NCBI GenBank assembly: GCA_025594325.1
Contig: JANHCV010000001.1
Coordinates: forward strand, 3,162,001-3,226,000
DNA from: Blastocladiella emersonii ATCC 22665
Taxonomy: Eukaryota > Fungi > Blastocladiomycota
Reading direction: 5' to 3'
DNA: 64,000 nucleotides
Shown here: piece by piece, positions 13,342 through 23,648 of the stretch
Position numbering within the stretch: position 1 is the stretch's first letter
How the letters are laid out: the number at the start of each line of letters is the position of its first letter
Translations under genes and position numbers: made by a program
The notes under the pieces: generated by a model
Databases searched by the model: none
What the model was told of the DNA's origin: nothing
What the model saw: the letters and a program-made list of their open reading frames with translations, nothing else

Positions 13342-13917
13342 CGGGTGGTGGTGGTGGTGGTGTGGTGGTGGTTGGGGGTGGGTGGTTGGTGGTGGCGTGC
13401 GAGCGGGCGCTAGTCTGCATGAATGAAGGTCGAATGGTTAGCTCCAAGATCGCGGTGCGAGACGCGGGCGGAGACATGGACGCGTCGGCCGGCGGCTACG
13501 GCTCATGTGATGCAGGCAACGGCCCGATCAGGCAGGCCCGGGTGGCAGCGGGTCCCGTGGAATCCGGGTGACCGAGCAAGCCAGGATCACAAAGCCACGC
13601 CGCACGCCGGCACGACCGCCGCGTCGAGTCCTCGGGGGAGAGGAAGGAGAACGTACCGAGCGGCAGCAAACGCAGCGGTGCTAGGAGAGCGGGGCAGGGA
13701 AGGGGCGGACGGGACCGCTCAGACCTCGGCCAGTGCGAGAAAGGGCAGTAGGAGAGTCAAACCTGCCTCAGCAGGGGGAACGGGACAGCCAAGGCGGACC
13801 GTCCGTCAGGATCCACGCAGAAACGCGCGCACGGGGGAGAGAGCCGAGGGGCGCGCGGGCCGGAATTTTCTCGGGGACTCGCCTTACGGAAAAGGGAGTC
13901 CGGGTGGAGACCACGGA

Positions 13918-14133
13918 TCAGGGGGGAAAAGTGTGAGGGTGGGGGGGTTGCTGCGCTGCAGGCGGTCGCTCCTTGGTCGATCGAGGAGAACCGGCAGTGG
14001 GGGGAGGAGGCGGGCGGGCGAGAGGCGAGTGCGACGAGTGCGTGGGGGGAGGGAGGGCGGGTGCGTGGGGATCGAGACGGATCGGCGCGCTTCCTTGGTG
14101 CTGGTGCGTGGGGCGAGTGCGGGCTGCAAGAAT
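13918..14133 (-). promoter_or_regulatory. Candidate non-AUG (AUU) upstream ORF in the ODC leader, 71 codons ending ...PHPHTFPP*
   Basis: ATT at 14133 lies three codons after an in-frame TGA and stays open to TGA at 13920-13918; leader exons contain no ATG. Confidence 0.4.
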
Positions 14134-14222
14134 GCGAGAGGATCAAGCTCGAGCAGGGCGGGTAGGGGCAGGGGGACTTGGTAGGGGAGGGGAGAGAGCG
14201 CGGCGCGGCGGGAGCGACCGGG

Positions 14223-14229
14223 TTTTATA
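14223..14229 (-). promoter_or_regulatory. TATA box of the ODC gene
   Basis: GTATAAAACC on the minus strand, followed by a pyrimidine-rich 5' leader; T-rich tract at 14298-14330. Confidence 0.5.
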
Positions 14230-15017
14230 CTCGGGCTCGATCAGGCCGAGGGCGGGCGGGCGCTGCCTTGTCTCGCGCCCGCTGCCCCGGGCCAACCAAA
14301 AACCTTTTTGTGCTTGCGTTTTTTCATTTCACGCGCGCAGCCATCGTCGATGCCGGCCGCCATTCGCCTGAGAACCTACCTTGGCGGCGGTGGCCAGCGT
14401 CGTCACCTTCGCCTTCGCCTTCGCCGTCGAAGGACCCATGCGCGTGAAGGCTTGCCACGCGGGGCCCCTCCTCTCGGCGGCTGCGGCCGTGATCCGCCTT
14501 CTCCCCCATCCCGCGCGCGGGCGGGGCCACGCCAGCATCGCGCGCTGCCCGTCACGTTGGCCGTCGTGGTCAAGTGAGCGAGCGCGCCGCCCTCGCCGTC
14601 GCTTGTCTCCCGCGCCCGTCCCCGTCGCGCGAACAGCTGCTCCTCGCGGATCCTGGGTCCACACGGGGCCCGCCTCCGTCGTCGTCGCTGGCGCGCCGAA
14701 TTCGGCGTGTGCGCGGATCACATCACCGCGGCCGGCCGCCCCGCCTGATTGTTGATGCCGTTGCTCGCCGCGGCCATGACCCACGCGGGCCCACTCGCTG
14801 AGGACGACCGAGATGGCGGCGCTCACGGCCATGATACCGCGTTTCACATCGCATCTTTGATAGCATCGGGGAGGCGCGGAACTGCGGACGTTTGCCCGAC
14901 CCGGGTCGGAGGTCGGATCACATCCTCCCATCACGCCATCGCGGCCAGTGTAAGAGTTGAGTGCTGAGTGTGCTCTATGTTATCGATTGAACAAAGTCTC
15001 CGTCATCATCCTCGCCA

Positions 15018-18000
15018 TCAGATCCCCGCCGTGCCCACCGGCACCGCCGGGACCGGGGCCTGCGCCGGCGCCGCTGGCGCGTCGGCCATGGCCACGTCGG
15101 CCGAGGCCACGACGACCGTGTGGACGCGCACGGGGACGGGGATCCACATGTAGTCGTCGAGGAGGCCGCGGAGCGCGCCGCGCGCGAACCGGCAGAACCA
15201 CGACACGGACTGCCGCGTCGACGCCGGCATGATGCTCCACAGCATGGGCGACCCGCCGCTGCCGACCGCGCCCACGTCAAACTCGTCGAGCGCGAGCCCG
15301 CGCACCGCGTGCGACGACAGAAAGATCTCGCGGTGCAGCGGCGGCGCGTTGGCCCGGTCGCGGTACGCCACCGTCGCCTTGTTCGTCACGCCCTCCCAGA
15401 TCCCGCTGCAGTGCAGCGACAGGAGCGACCGCCCGCGGGCGACGTGCTTGGTGTGCGTCCGCCAGTCGCGCGCCGCCGCCTGCAGACGCGTTGCTTCTTG
15501 CGCTGCGGCGGCTGCGGCGGCTGCGGCCTCGGCCGCGCTGTTGGAGCCGGGACTGCTGGCGTTGTTGCCGCCGAAGAGGTTGCGCGCAACCGCCATGGGG
15601 CCCGTCGGCGCAGGCGCGGGCACGGGCACGGGAACTTGAGGAGCGCCGGCTGCCGCAGCAGCACCTGCAGCCGCCGCCGGAGTGGCCGCCGTGGGCGGCG
15701 TGCGCATGTGGACAGGCGGGTCGTATGGCGCGAGGATGCGTGCGACGGTCATGACGCCGCGGAACGACATGCGGCGGCAGTTTTCGACGGCGAGGTGCTG
15801 GAGCGAGCGGAACACGGGGGTCGCGCACGCGGGGAGGACGGGCGTCACGACCGTGAGCGAGGCCGGGACGGGCGTCGCGGGCACCGTCTCGTGGACCACG
15901 ACCGACGCGAGCGCGTACAGGGCCTCGTCCGACAGCTCGTACCCGTCCGACAGGTCGAGCCGCTCGAGGTGCGGGGCGCACGGGGCGCCGACGAGGTGCC
16001 GCACCGCGACGTCCGTCAGGTTGCGCCCGCTGCGCACCGTCAGCGACCGCAGGTGGTGCAGGTCGTCGACGAGCGTCATGAACGCGTCGTTGGTGATGTG
16101 GCACGCGTTGAACAGCGTCAGGTGCTCGAGCTGCCGGCAGTACGCGCCGATCGGGACCAGGTTCGCGTCGTCCAGGAAATCGCAGTCACGGATCGTTAGC
16201 GACGTGAGCTGGATCGCCCGCAGCCCGTAGAACAGCATGGCGCCCGCCGAAAACAGGCTCTTGGTCGACGTCGACGGCGGCGGCGGGATCGAGAACTCGA
16301 GCTCGCGCAGGTGCGGGTGCACCGCCGCCACCTCGTGCAGGAGGACAACCAGCCCGCCGCGCGACTGCCGCCGGATCCCCGGCATGCACAGCGTCCGCAG
16401 CTTGCCGCCGACGCGCCCGTCAGACCGCGGCGCGACCCCGCTACTCGTGTACTGCTGCGATGGCGACCCAGGCCGCGGCGACTGCGGCGGCGACCCCGAC
16501 GACGGGCTCGTGGCCCGCACCGGCGACGTGGCGCGCGCGCTGCCGTACGCGCCCGGCGAGTCCATGGCCGTCGGCGAGGCCGGCGCGCCGGCGCTGCCAC
16601 CGGGGCTGGCGGGCGACGCCGGGCGCATGGCGAGCGCCGCCTCGTGGCGCAGGGCCTCCCACTCGGACAGCTGGTAGTTGCCCGAGTACTTGGCGAGGTA
16701 GTCGAGCCCCGGGTCGTTGATGCGCATGCACCCGGACACGTCGAGGACGCGGAGCTGCGGGCCGAGGAAGGTGGCGATCTCGCGGATGGCCGCGTCGCCG
16801 ACTTTGCCGCACCCGCGCAGGATCAGCGTGTCGAGCAGGTCGCACACGCGGGCCATGGTGCGCAGCGTCACGTCCTTGATGTGGCGGCAGTTGGTCACGT
16901 CGAGGTGGCGCAGCGACGCCGACACGGCCGTGATGAGGTGGATGATGGCCACGTCCGTGACGTGCGCGCAGTTGCGCAGGTCCAGCACGCCGACCTGCGG
17001 GTGCAGCACCTGGAACGCGGCCGCGATCCGGTTGATGTGGTCGTCGCGCATGAACTGGTTGGGCGACGGCAGGCTGCCCTTGACGGGCGCCCGGTAGCTC
17101 AGGTGCTTGGTCGCGACCAGGTTCGTCCGTTCGAACCGCAGCACTCGCAGCTGCTGGAACCCGACCAGCCCGGGCCGCTGCCGCCGCGCCGCCAGCTGCG
17201 CCGCCGTCGCGTCCACCGACTCGGCCGACTCGCTCAGACTCGTGTGGCTGCCGACGTGGTTCCCGCCGCTGCCCGCCGGCATCCCGTCCGCCGACATGGC
17301 CACGGGTGGGCGCCCGAGCTGCTCGCCCGCGCCCTGGTATATGCCGCGCGGACCGCGCGCGTCGCGCGCCTGCTGCTGCTGCTGGCCGCCGTACATGAGC
17401 GCCGCGATGTCGGGCGCGCCGTGGTGGCCGGGGGTCGCCGCCACCGCGTAGTCCACGTCCATGGCGTCCTGGTCGCCGCCGCCCGCGGGCTTGAACGGCG
17501 CCGCGGCGAGCTGGCCCTGCGACACGGTAGCCGAGCTCGAGGCCGACGACGACCACGCGTTGGTGAGCGTGAGCGGCAGCGGGAGCGGCGCGTTGAGCTG
17601 GTCGACAACGTGCTCGAGGCAGTCGAGCCACTGGACGAAGTCGAGCACGTTCTCGAGCACGGGCTCGGCGTGCACGTAGTACACGGCCGCGTAGTACCAC
17701 GACCGGCACACGCGCAGGCACGGGTGGATGTGCCGGTAGTGCGGGCGCGAGCGGATCGGGCGGATGATGCCGCCCGCCGTCGTCGCCGAGGTGCTGCTCG
17801 TAGCCGTCGGGGAACTGGCACGAGCTGCTGCGGTGGCCGAGGACTTGGAGGCTCGGCTCGCCTTGCCCACGAGCCGCTTGGTCGCGCCGCCGTACGCCGC
17901 GCCCATGCCGCCCGTCAGGTTGCGGAAGATGTTGCGCAGCGCGGGCATCGCGCCGCCGCCGCCACTGCCACCGCTCCCGCTCCCGATGCTGTTGCTGCTA

Positions 18001-18980
18001 GACCCCGAGTCGCTCGAGCTGCCCTCGTCCTCGCTGCCGTCCACGTCCATGAGGTCGACGACGGGCGAGACCACCGGGGCGACGGCCACGGCCGCGGGCT
18101 CGGGGCGCGGCTCGGGCACGTCGTCGAAGAACGGGTCCGAGTTGCTGACGTTGGGCATGAGGTACGCGAACACCTTGAGGAGGATCTCGTGCGGCAGGCG
18201 CGCCGCGACGACCTGCTCGATGGGCGCCGTGGCCACGGCTGCAGCCGCAGCGGCCGCGGCGGCCACCGATGCCGAGGTCACCGAGGGATTGCCGCCGGCA
18301 CCCCACGCGGCCTGCTGCTGCTGCTGGATCTGGGCGATGGTGAAGGGCGCGTGCGTGAGGTGCTGCAGGTGCGGCGGGTAGTCAAAGGCCGGGAGCACCG
18401 TGTCGACGACGGGGACGGGTATCGGCATCGGCGCGTCCGTGGTGATGGGCGGCGGCGACGCGACGGGGTGGACCGGGCGCAGGCGGCCGCGGACCGAGCT
18501 GGCCGCCGCCGACTGGAACGACGCGGCGAACGCGTCGGCCGGCGGACCCGCAATGTAGTTGTTGCTCCCGCTGGCGCTGGCGCTGGCGCTGCTCGGGCGG
18601 AACGCGGCAAAGTCCTGGCGCTGCTGGTGCTGCGGGGGCATGGCCAGCGGCGTGGCGCCGAACGCGTGGACGGGCCGCGGGAGGATGGCCGCGGCCTGCT
18701 GCTGCGGCGTCGGGACCGGGAAGCTGCCGGGGAACGCCGACTGCTTGGGGATCATGGCCGCGGCCGCGGCGGCCGCCGCCGATGACGAGGGAGTGGAAGA
18801 AGAGGAGGAGGACGACGCGCCGGCCATGGTGTTGATGGGCCCGCCGAACTGCGCGGGTCCCGCGCCGGCGCCGGTGCCGCCGTGCAGGTGATGATCGATC
18901 TGCTGCTGCTGAAGCGACTCCTGCGACTGGCCCTGCTGCGCGTGCGGCACGCCGAAGCGCGCGAGGGCGTCCTGCGACAT
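15018..18980 (-). CDS. F-box / Cys-containing LRR protein (GRR1/FBXL-like), 1320 aa, intronless CDS
   Basis: F-box RLPHEILLKVFAYL...CLRVCRSWY; LRRs VLDLRNCAHVTD, HLDVTNCRHIKD, TLILRGCGKVGD, VLDVSGCMRIND, HLTLFNACHITN. Confidence 0.8.
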   Translation of the reverse strand: MSQDALARFGVPHAQQGQSQESLQQQQIDHHLHGGTGAGAGPAQFGGPINTMAGASSSSSSSTPSSSAAAAAAAAMIPKQSAFPGSFPVPTPQQQAAAILPRPVHAFGATPLAMPPQHQQRQDFAAFRPSSASASASGSNNYIAGPPADAFAASFQSAAASSVRGRLRPVHPVASPPPITTDAPMPIPVPVVDTVLPAFDYPPHLQHLTHAPFTIAQIQQQQQAAWGAGGNPSVTSASVAAAAAAAAAVATAPIEQVVAARLPHEILLKVFAYLMPNVSNSDPFFDDVPEPRPEPAAVAVAPVVSPVVDLMDVDGSEDEGSSSDSGSSSNSIGSGSGGSGGGGAMPALRNIFRNLTGGMGAAYGGATKRLVGKASRASKSSATAAARASSPTATSSTSATTAGGIIRPIRSRPHYRHIHPCLRVCRSWYYAAVYYVHAEPVLENVLDFVQWLDCLEHVVDQLNAPLPLPLTLTNAWSSSASSSATVSQGQLAAAPFKPAGGGDQDAMDVDYAVAATPGHHGAPDIAALMYGGQQQQQARDARGPRGIYQGAGEQLGRPPVAMSADGMPAGSGGNHVGSHTSLSESAESVDATAAQLAARRQRPGLVGFQQLRVLRFERTNLVATKHLSYRAPVKGSLPSPNQFMRDDHINRIAAAFQVLHPQVGVLDLRNCAHVTDVAIIHLITAVSASLRHLDVTNCRHIKDVTLRTMARVCDLLDTLILRGCGKVGDAAIREIATFLGPQLRVLDVSGCMRINDPGLDYLAKYSGNYQLSEWEALRHEAALAMRPASPASPGGSAGAPASPTAMDSPGAYGSARATSPVRATSPSSGSPPQSPRPGSPSQQYTSSGVAPRSDGRVGGKLRTLCMPGIRRQSRGGLVVLLHEVAAVHPHLRELEFSIPPPPSTSTKSLFSAGAMLFYGLRAIQLTSLTIRDCDFLDDANLVPIGAYCRQLEHLTLFNACHITNDAFMTLVDDLHHLRSLTVRSGRNLTDVAVRHLVGAPCAPHLERLDLSDGYELSDEALYALASVVVHETVPATPVPASLTVVTPVLPACATPVFRSLQHLAVENCRRMSFRGVMTVARILAPYDPPVHMRTPPTAATPAAAAGAAAAAGAPQVPVPVPAPAPTGPMAVARNLFGGNNASSPGSNSAAEAAAAAAAAAQEATRLQAAARDWRTHTKHVARGRSLLSLHCSGIWEGVTNKATVAYRDRANAPPLHREIFLSSHAVRGLALDEFDVGAVGSGGSPMLWSIMPASTRQSVSWFCRFARGALRGLLDDYMWIPVPVRVHTVVVASADVAMADAPAAPAQAPVPAVPVGTAGI

Positions 18981-20190
18981 GGTATCGGAGAGGAGATGTG
19001 CGAGAAGAGAAAGAGGAAGATGCGCCGATCACACGTACTACACGGCCGGAAACGATGAGCCCAGCGTTGCGGTGAGGACGACGCGCGCGGGACGTACATT
19101 CAACGGATGATCGCCAAGGCGGTGCGATGATGGAATGTGCGAGTCGAGTGGATGTGCTGTGCGGTCGGTGGTGCAGCAGCAAGTGTGCTAGGCTGCGAGG
19201 CAATGTGCGAGTCTGGTAGAGTGCATGCGAGTCCTGGCCGATGAGTGAGGCTTAGTCGATGTTGATGGACGGGCGAAGAGTGGACGGGGAGAGAGAGGAT
19301 GGGCAGCGGGCGCGGGGCGGGCGGGCGGCGCGTACAGCAGTGTGCAAGGGCGACGCGAGTGCGCGTGCGTCCACGGCGGCCACACTGTGAGGAGGGACGG
19401 TCGGTTGCGATGGGCAGCGAGGGGGTGCGGGGAGCGGTGGAGCGCGCGGCGCGTTGAGGCGAGGCGAGTGCGAGACGCGTCGCGCGCGCGGCGGTCGGCG
19501 GCTCACGCGTCACGCCGCGGCGTGATGGGCACGAGGGAGACATTTTCGGCCTGCGCGGACAGGAACCGGGAACCAGAAACAGGACCACCGCAGGGCGAGA
19601 GGGAGAGAAGAAGGGCAGGGAGGGGAGGGCAGGGAGACACCCGTGACTGTCTCTCGAGGCTACATACGTTCAGAAGTCGCTGAAGTCGGGCACCCGGCGA
19701 CGTTGCGGGAAGCCGCTTGCTGCAAAGACTCCACCCGGCCTGGGAACAATCATCGCAGAGGACAGCGAGCGTCGGAGGCAGTCGTGCTTCCACGCCGGGT
19801 CCCAGCGTTTGCCCAGACAAGGGCAGCCGTGCGGGCGGATGGGAACCGGGCCCGGGTGCGCCGATCGGCCTCGTTCCCAGCCTGGTCGCCCGGCCCCTAC
19901 ATCCAATCTCTGCCTGATTTCCTGCGGCGCGGCAGCGTGTTTCAGGGATCGATTAATTCACGAGTGCGTGACGCGGCCGCGAGTGTCTCCAAAACGCGTG
20001 GGACGCGCGCACACGTGAGCCGCCATGTGATGTCTCGCACGGGTGTCTCGAACCCGAACGCGTGCCTGCTGGCGCGATCGCGACGCGAACAACTGACCCG
20101 GTCGCGGCCCCGTCTCCCGTCCGTCACTGAATGACCAACCGTGACGCGGCGAAGCGAGAGAAAAGGTGTGCTATTGAGGGCGCAAATTAT

Positions 20191-23100
20191 TCAAGCGACG
20201 CGAATCGGCGGAGACGCGGGCAATGGCGACGCCAGCGACTCGACAACCGCGGCCTGGCGCTGTGCGCTCTCGACGGGTCCCGCTGTCGGCGCAACGGATA
20301 CCCGTGGCCGGTGCGGGTGGACCTGGTGCTGGTGCTGGTGGTGCTTGGACGCGAGCGTCGGGTCGCTCAGCGACTTGCGCGGCCGCCGCACCGTGGGCGC
20401 GGGCCGCGGTGGCGGATCCGCAGCACGCGCTCGGACCGGACTGTTCGCGCGGCTGCTCGCTGGGCTCCCATTACTCCCACTCGCGCTGCTGCTCCCGCTG
20501 AAGCTGCTCCACTCGGACGTGGTCGACACGCTGGGCTGCCGCGAGCGGGACCTCGACAGCGAGAAGGATGCGGACGGCGAGGGCAGGGACAGGTGCGCGC
20601 CGTGGAACCGGCTCGCTGACGGGCTGGACGCGGCCGCGTCAAAGAACTCGCGCCGAGACGACCGCGGTGTCGGTGAAGCTAATGGCGACGAGAGCGAGGG
20701 TGGTGCGGTGCCCGGGCGGTGACCCGGTTCGACGACGACCGACACCGTGCTCCTCCGCTTCGGCCGAGGACGGAGAACAAACGCCGACGGAGGACGGCGC
20801 ATCGGCGGTGCGCTTGACGACAGGTCCTCGCCGGATACGGACGCGACGATCGAGGCGCGCGGCGAGCCGTGGCGCGACGCCGGCGACCGCGACGTGGTCG
20901 ACCGCGGCGAGTTGGCGGCCGTCGACACGCGGCGGTTCGACGGCGCCGCGGCGGGCTGCACGGGCCCGAGACTGACCGACAGCAGCGCCTCGAGCGCGTA
21001 CTTGAGCCACGGGCCAATCGCCGCGACCACGAGCAGCACGAGCATCAGCGTCGACCACCGCCCGAGCGACGCGGTCCGGTCCTCGACCGACTCAATGCGC
21101 AGCTGCAGCGCGCGCAGCAGGTGTGCGGTCCCGTCCTCGTGCCGCTTGACGAGTTTCTGGATCGAGTCGATTTCGGCCGCGAGGTCGCCCGTCTACACGT
21201 CGAGGGACACGTCAGCGGGTGGAATCAGAACGCAAACCGAAGAGCGCGCGCGCGTACAATCTGTGAGAGCCGGGCCGTGAGATGCTGGCTGAGCTGGACC
21301 ATGGACCGCGAAAAATGGTCGGCCTGGTTCTCGTCGTTGGCACGGATCACCTCGTTGATCCCCTTGGCGTACTCGTCCATGTACTGCAGCAGTACCTTGT
21401 AGTTGGCCTCGACGTGGCTGAACCGCTTCATGATCACCTTGTAGATGCCCTCCTCCTGCGGCGGGGGCAGCGACGAGGACGCGGGATCGTCGGGCTCCAG
21501 GCTGCCGTCAGCCGCGGCGCCAGGTGCCGAGGTGGGCGTGGCTGTGGGTTCCGAGCTCGCCGCAGAAGCAGTGGTCGCGGATGAGGGCGGTGTCGACGAC
21601 GAGGAAGCTGCGGTGGAGGAAAGTGTGGCGGGAGACTGCGTCGCGGCGTCGACGAGGCCGGCCAGGTGAAGCGGCGGCGGGAGGAACGGGACGTAGGTCG
21701 GGTGCACAGCGGGCGGCTGGAAGGTGGTCGCGACCGACTTGCCGCCTTCGAGGCCCGGCAACGAGGAGCGGTGCGCAAACGGCGAGGAAGCGAGGCCGAC
21801 AGGTACGGACGCGCCCGCACCGGCCAATCTCGGCGGCAGCGCCGGATGCGCCTTGCTCGTGCTCGCCGCTGACGACGACGCGTTGGTGCTCGGTTTCGGC
21901 AGGACGTTGGGCGGAAGCACCGACGCCGCCGCCGAGTCCTTGGCCGCTGCACCGCCCGCCGCGTCGACTTCGGTCGACCGCAGCTGCTCCTCGCGCTTGT
22001 ACTCCTCGAGCATAGTGGTGCCGTGGACGCGGACGTTGGAGACGGGGCAGAAAAACTGGTTGCCAAAGTGCTCGACAAACTCGAGGCGCAGGTAGCGGGC
22101 CCAGGCGACGGGGCGCGCGATCTGGAACACCTGCTGCGAACGCACGTTGGCGGCGGCGAGGGTGGCGAGCGGGCGCCACGGCTTCGCGGCGGTCGGCGGG
22201 TACACGCTGTTGACAAACGCGTTGACGGTGCGGAAGGTGGACGAGAAGAGCTCGTAGTTGCCGAGGACCAGCGTGTCGACGAGGATCTCGTCGCACAGCT
22301 CGATGACGACGTGGCGCGGCTGCGACCGGTCGCGCGGCGCGCACGGGCTGAGCAGGTAGCTGTCCTTGTTCTCGTTCAAAATGGCCGAGGCGCCCTTGGA
22401 CTCGGGGTTGGTGGCGCGGACGGCGGCGGCGCAGTCGATGGAGGCATAGTTGAAGCGGTCGCGCAGCGACTTGGGGTTCACGTTGGACGGTGCCACGACT
22501 GGTGGCGCCTTGCCGTTGGACGACGGGGGAGATGTCGATGGGGAGGAAGTCGGCTTCGCGTCGGCTGCCGTGGCGCTGCTCGGGGTATTGGAAGGAGACG
22601 GCGACACGGCGGACGCGGGAGAAACGGCAGATTTGGAGGACGGTGGCTCACCCGCGCCAGAGAGGAGCGTGGGGAGCACCACGGGGCGCAGCGTGGGCCG
22701 TTGCGGAAGGATGGCAAAGTCGGTGGCGGACGGGCGAGGCCGCTCGACCGTGGCGAGATTCGACGGTGAACTCGTGGTATCGGGAGCGACCACCGAAGCC
22801 GTTGTGGTCGCGGCGGGAAGGGAGGCATCGAGCGGCTGCCGAAGTGAGCAGACGGGCCGTGTAGCCGAGCCCAGCGAGTAGCCGAGTGTGCCCACAGACA
22901 CGAGTGTCCAGCGCGGCGAGGGTCGCGCGCACCGGGGAGCAGCGGCTGGAGGTGGCGGCCGCGGGGACGGCGGAGGCCGCGACGCGATTGAGGAAGAAGC
23001 AGCGCTCGGTGATGGCACCACGGGCGTCACGTTCGTCGTGCTCGACACGGAGCGCGCCGAGTCCTCGGTAATGGCGGGCGCAGCAGCGGCGGGTACGGTC

Positions 23101-23348
23101 GGTGCGAGACACACCGTCTCGGCGGCAGGATCCACGACCAGGGGAGACGCGGGCAACCGAGCCGCCGAAATCATTGTGGTATCCGGACCCGCGACGGCTG
23201 CGCGTGCGGCGGAAACGCCTGCCAGCGCCACCATTGCGACGAGGAGGGCGGCGAGGGCGCGACGCTGCCTTCGATGAGCGCCAGCCGGCGGTCGCTGGCA
23301 CGGGGACGCCGCGCGCGAGAGATACATGGTAGCCATAGTTGATTGCAT
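20191..23348 (-). CDS. SLP1: Mid-SUN-domain protein (SLP1/SUCO-like); intron 21193-21257
   Basis: DRFNYASIDCAAAV...ILNENKDSYLLSPC...IELCDEILVDTLVLGNYELFSSTFR...RYLRLEFVEHFGNQFFCPVSNVRVHGTTMLEEYK; N-terminal hydrophobic segment, coiled coil and TM LMLVLLVVAAIG. Confidence 0.85.
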
Positions 23349-23648
23349 GGTGTGGTGCGGACCACGGCGGGTGCCCGGGGCGGGGAGCGGGGGCGCGCCT
23401 GATCGCGGTCCTCGGCCGCCGGCGTGGCCAGCGTGGCGCAGAAGAGCGGGACGCGCCTGCCTGCCACTTCTGTCACCACGCGGTTCCTCGTCTCCTCGCG
23501 CCTCGATCTGACTCGACATGTGATGCTGGTCAATAAATTTGCGAGCCCGACTCGATGCAACTTGATCTCTCCATGTAACTGTGCCCTGCGAGCCTACTCT
23601 TCCTGCCTTGCGCTGCGACTTGCCGCGCCGGCCACCTGTCCCTTCACC

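Noticed and set aside
14308-14967. Short ORFs divergent from the ODC promoter
   Set aside because: Low-complexity GC-rich translations with no splice or codon evidence.
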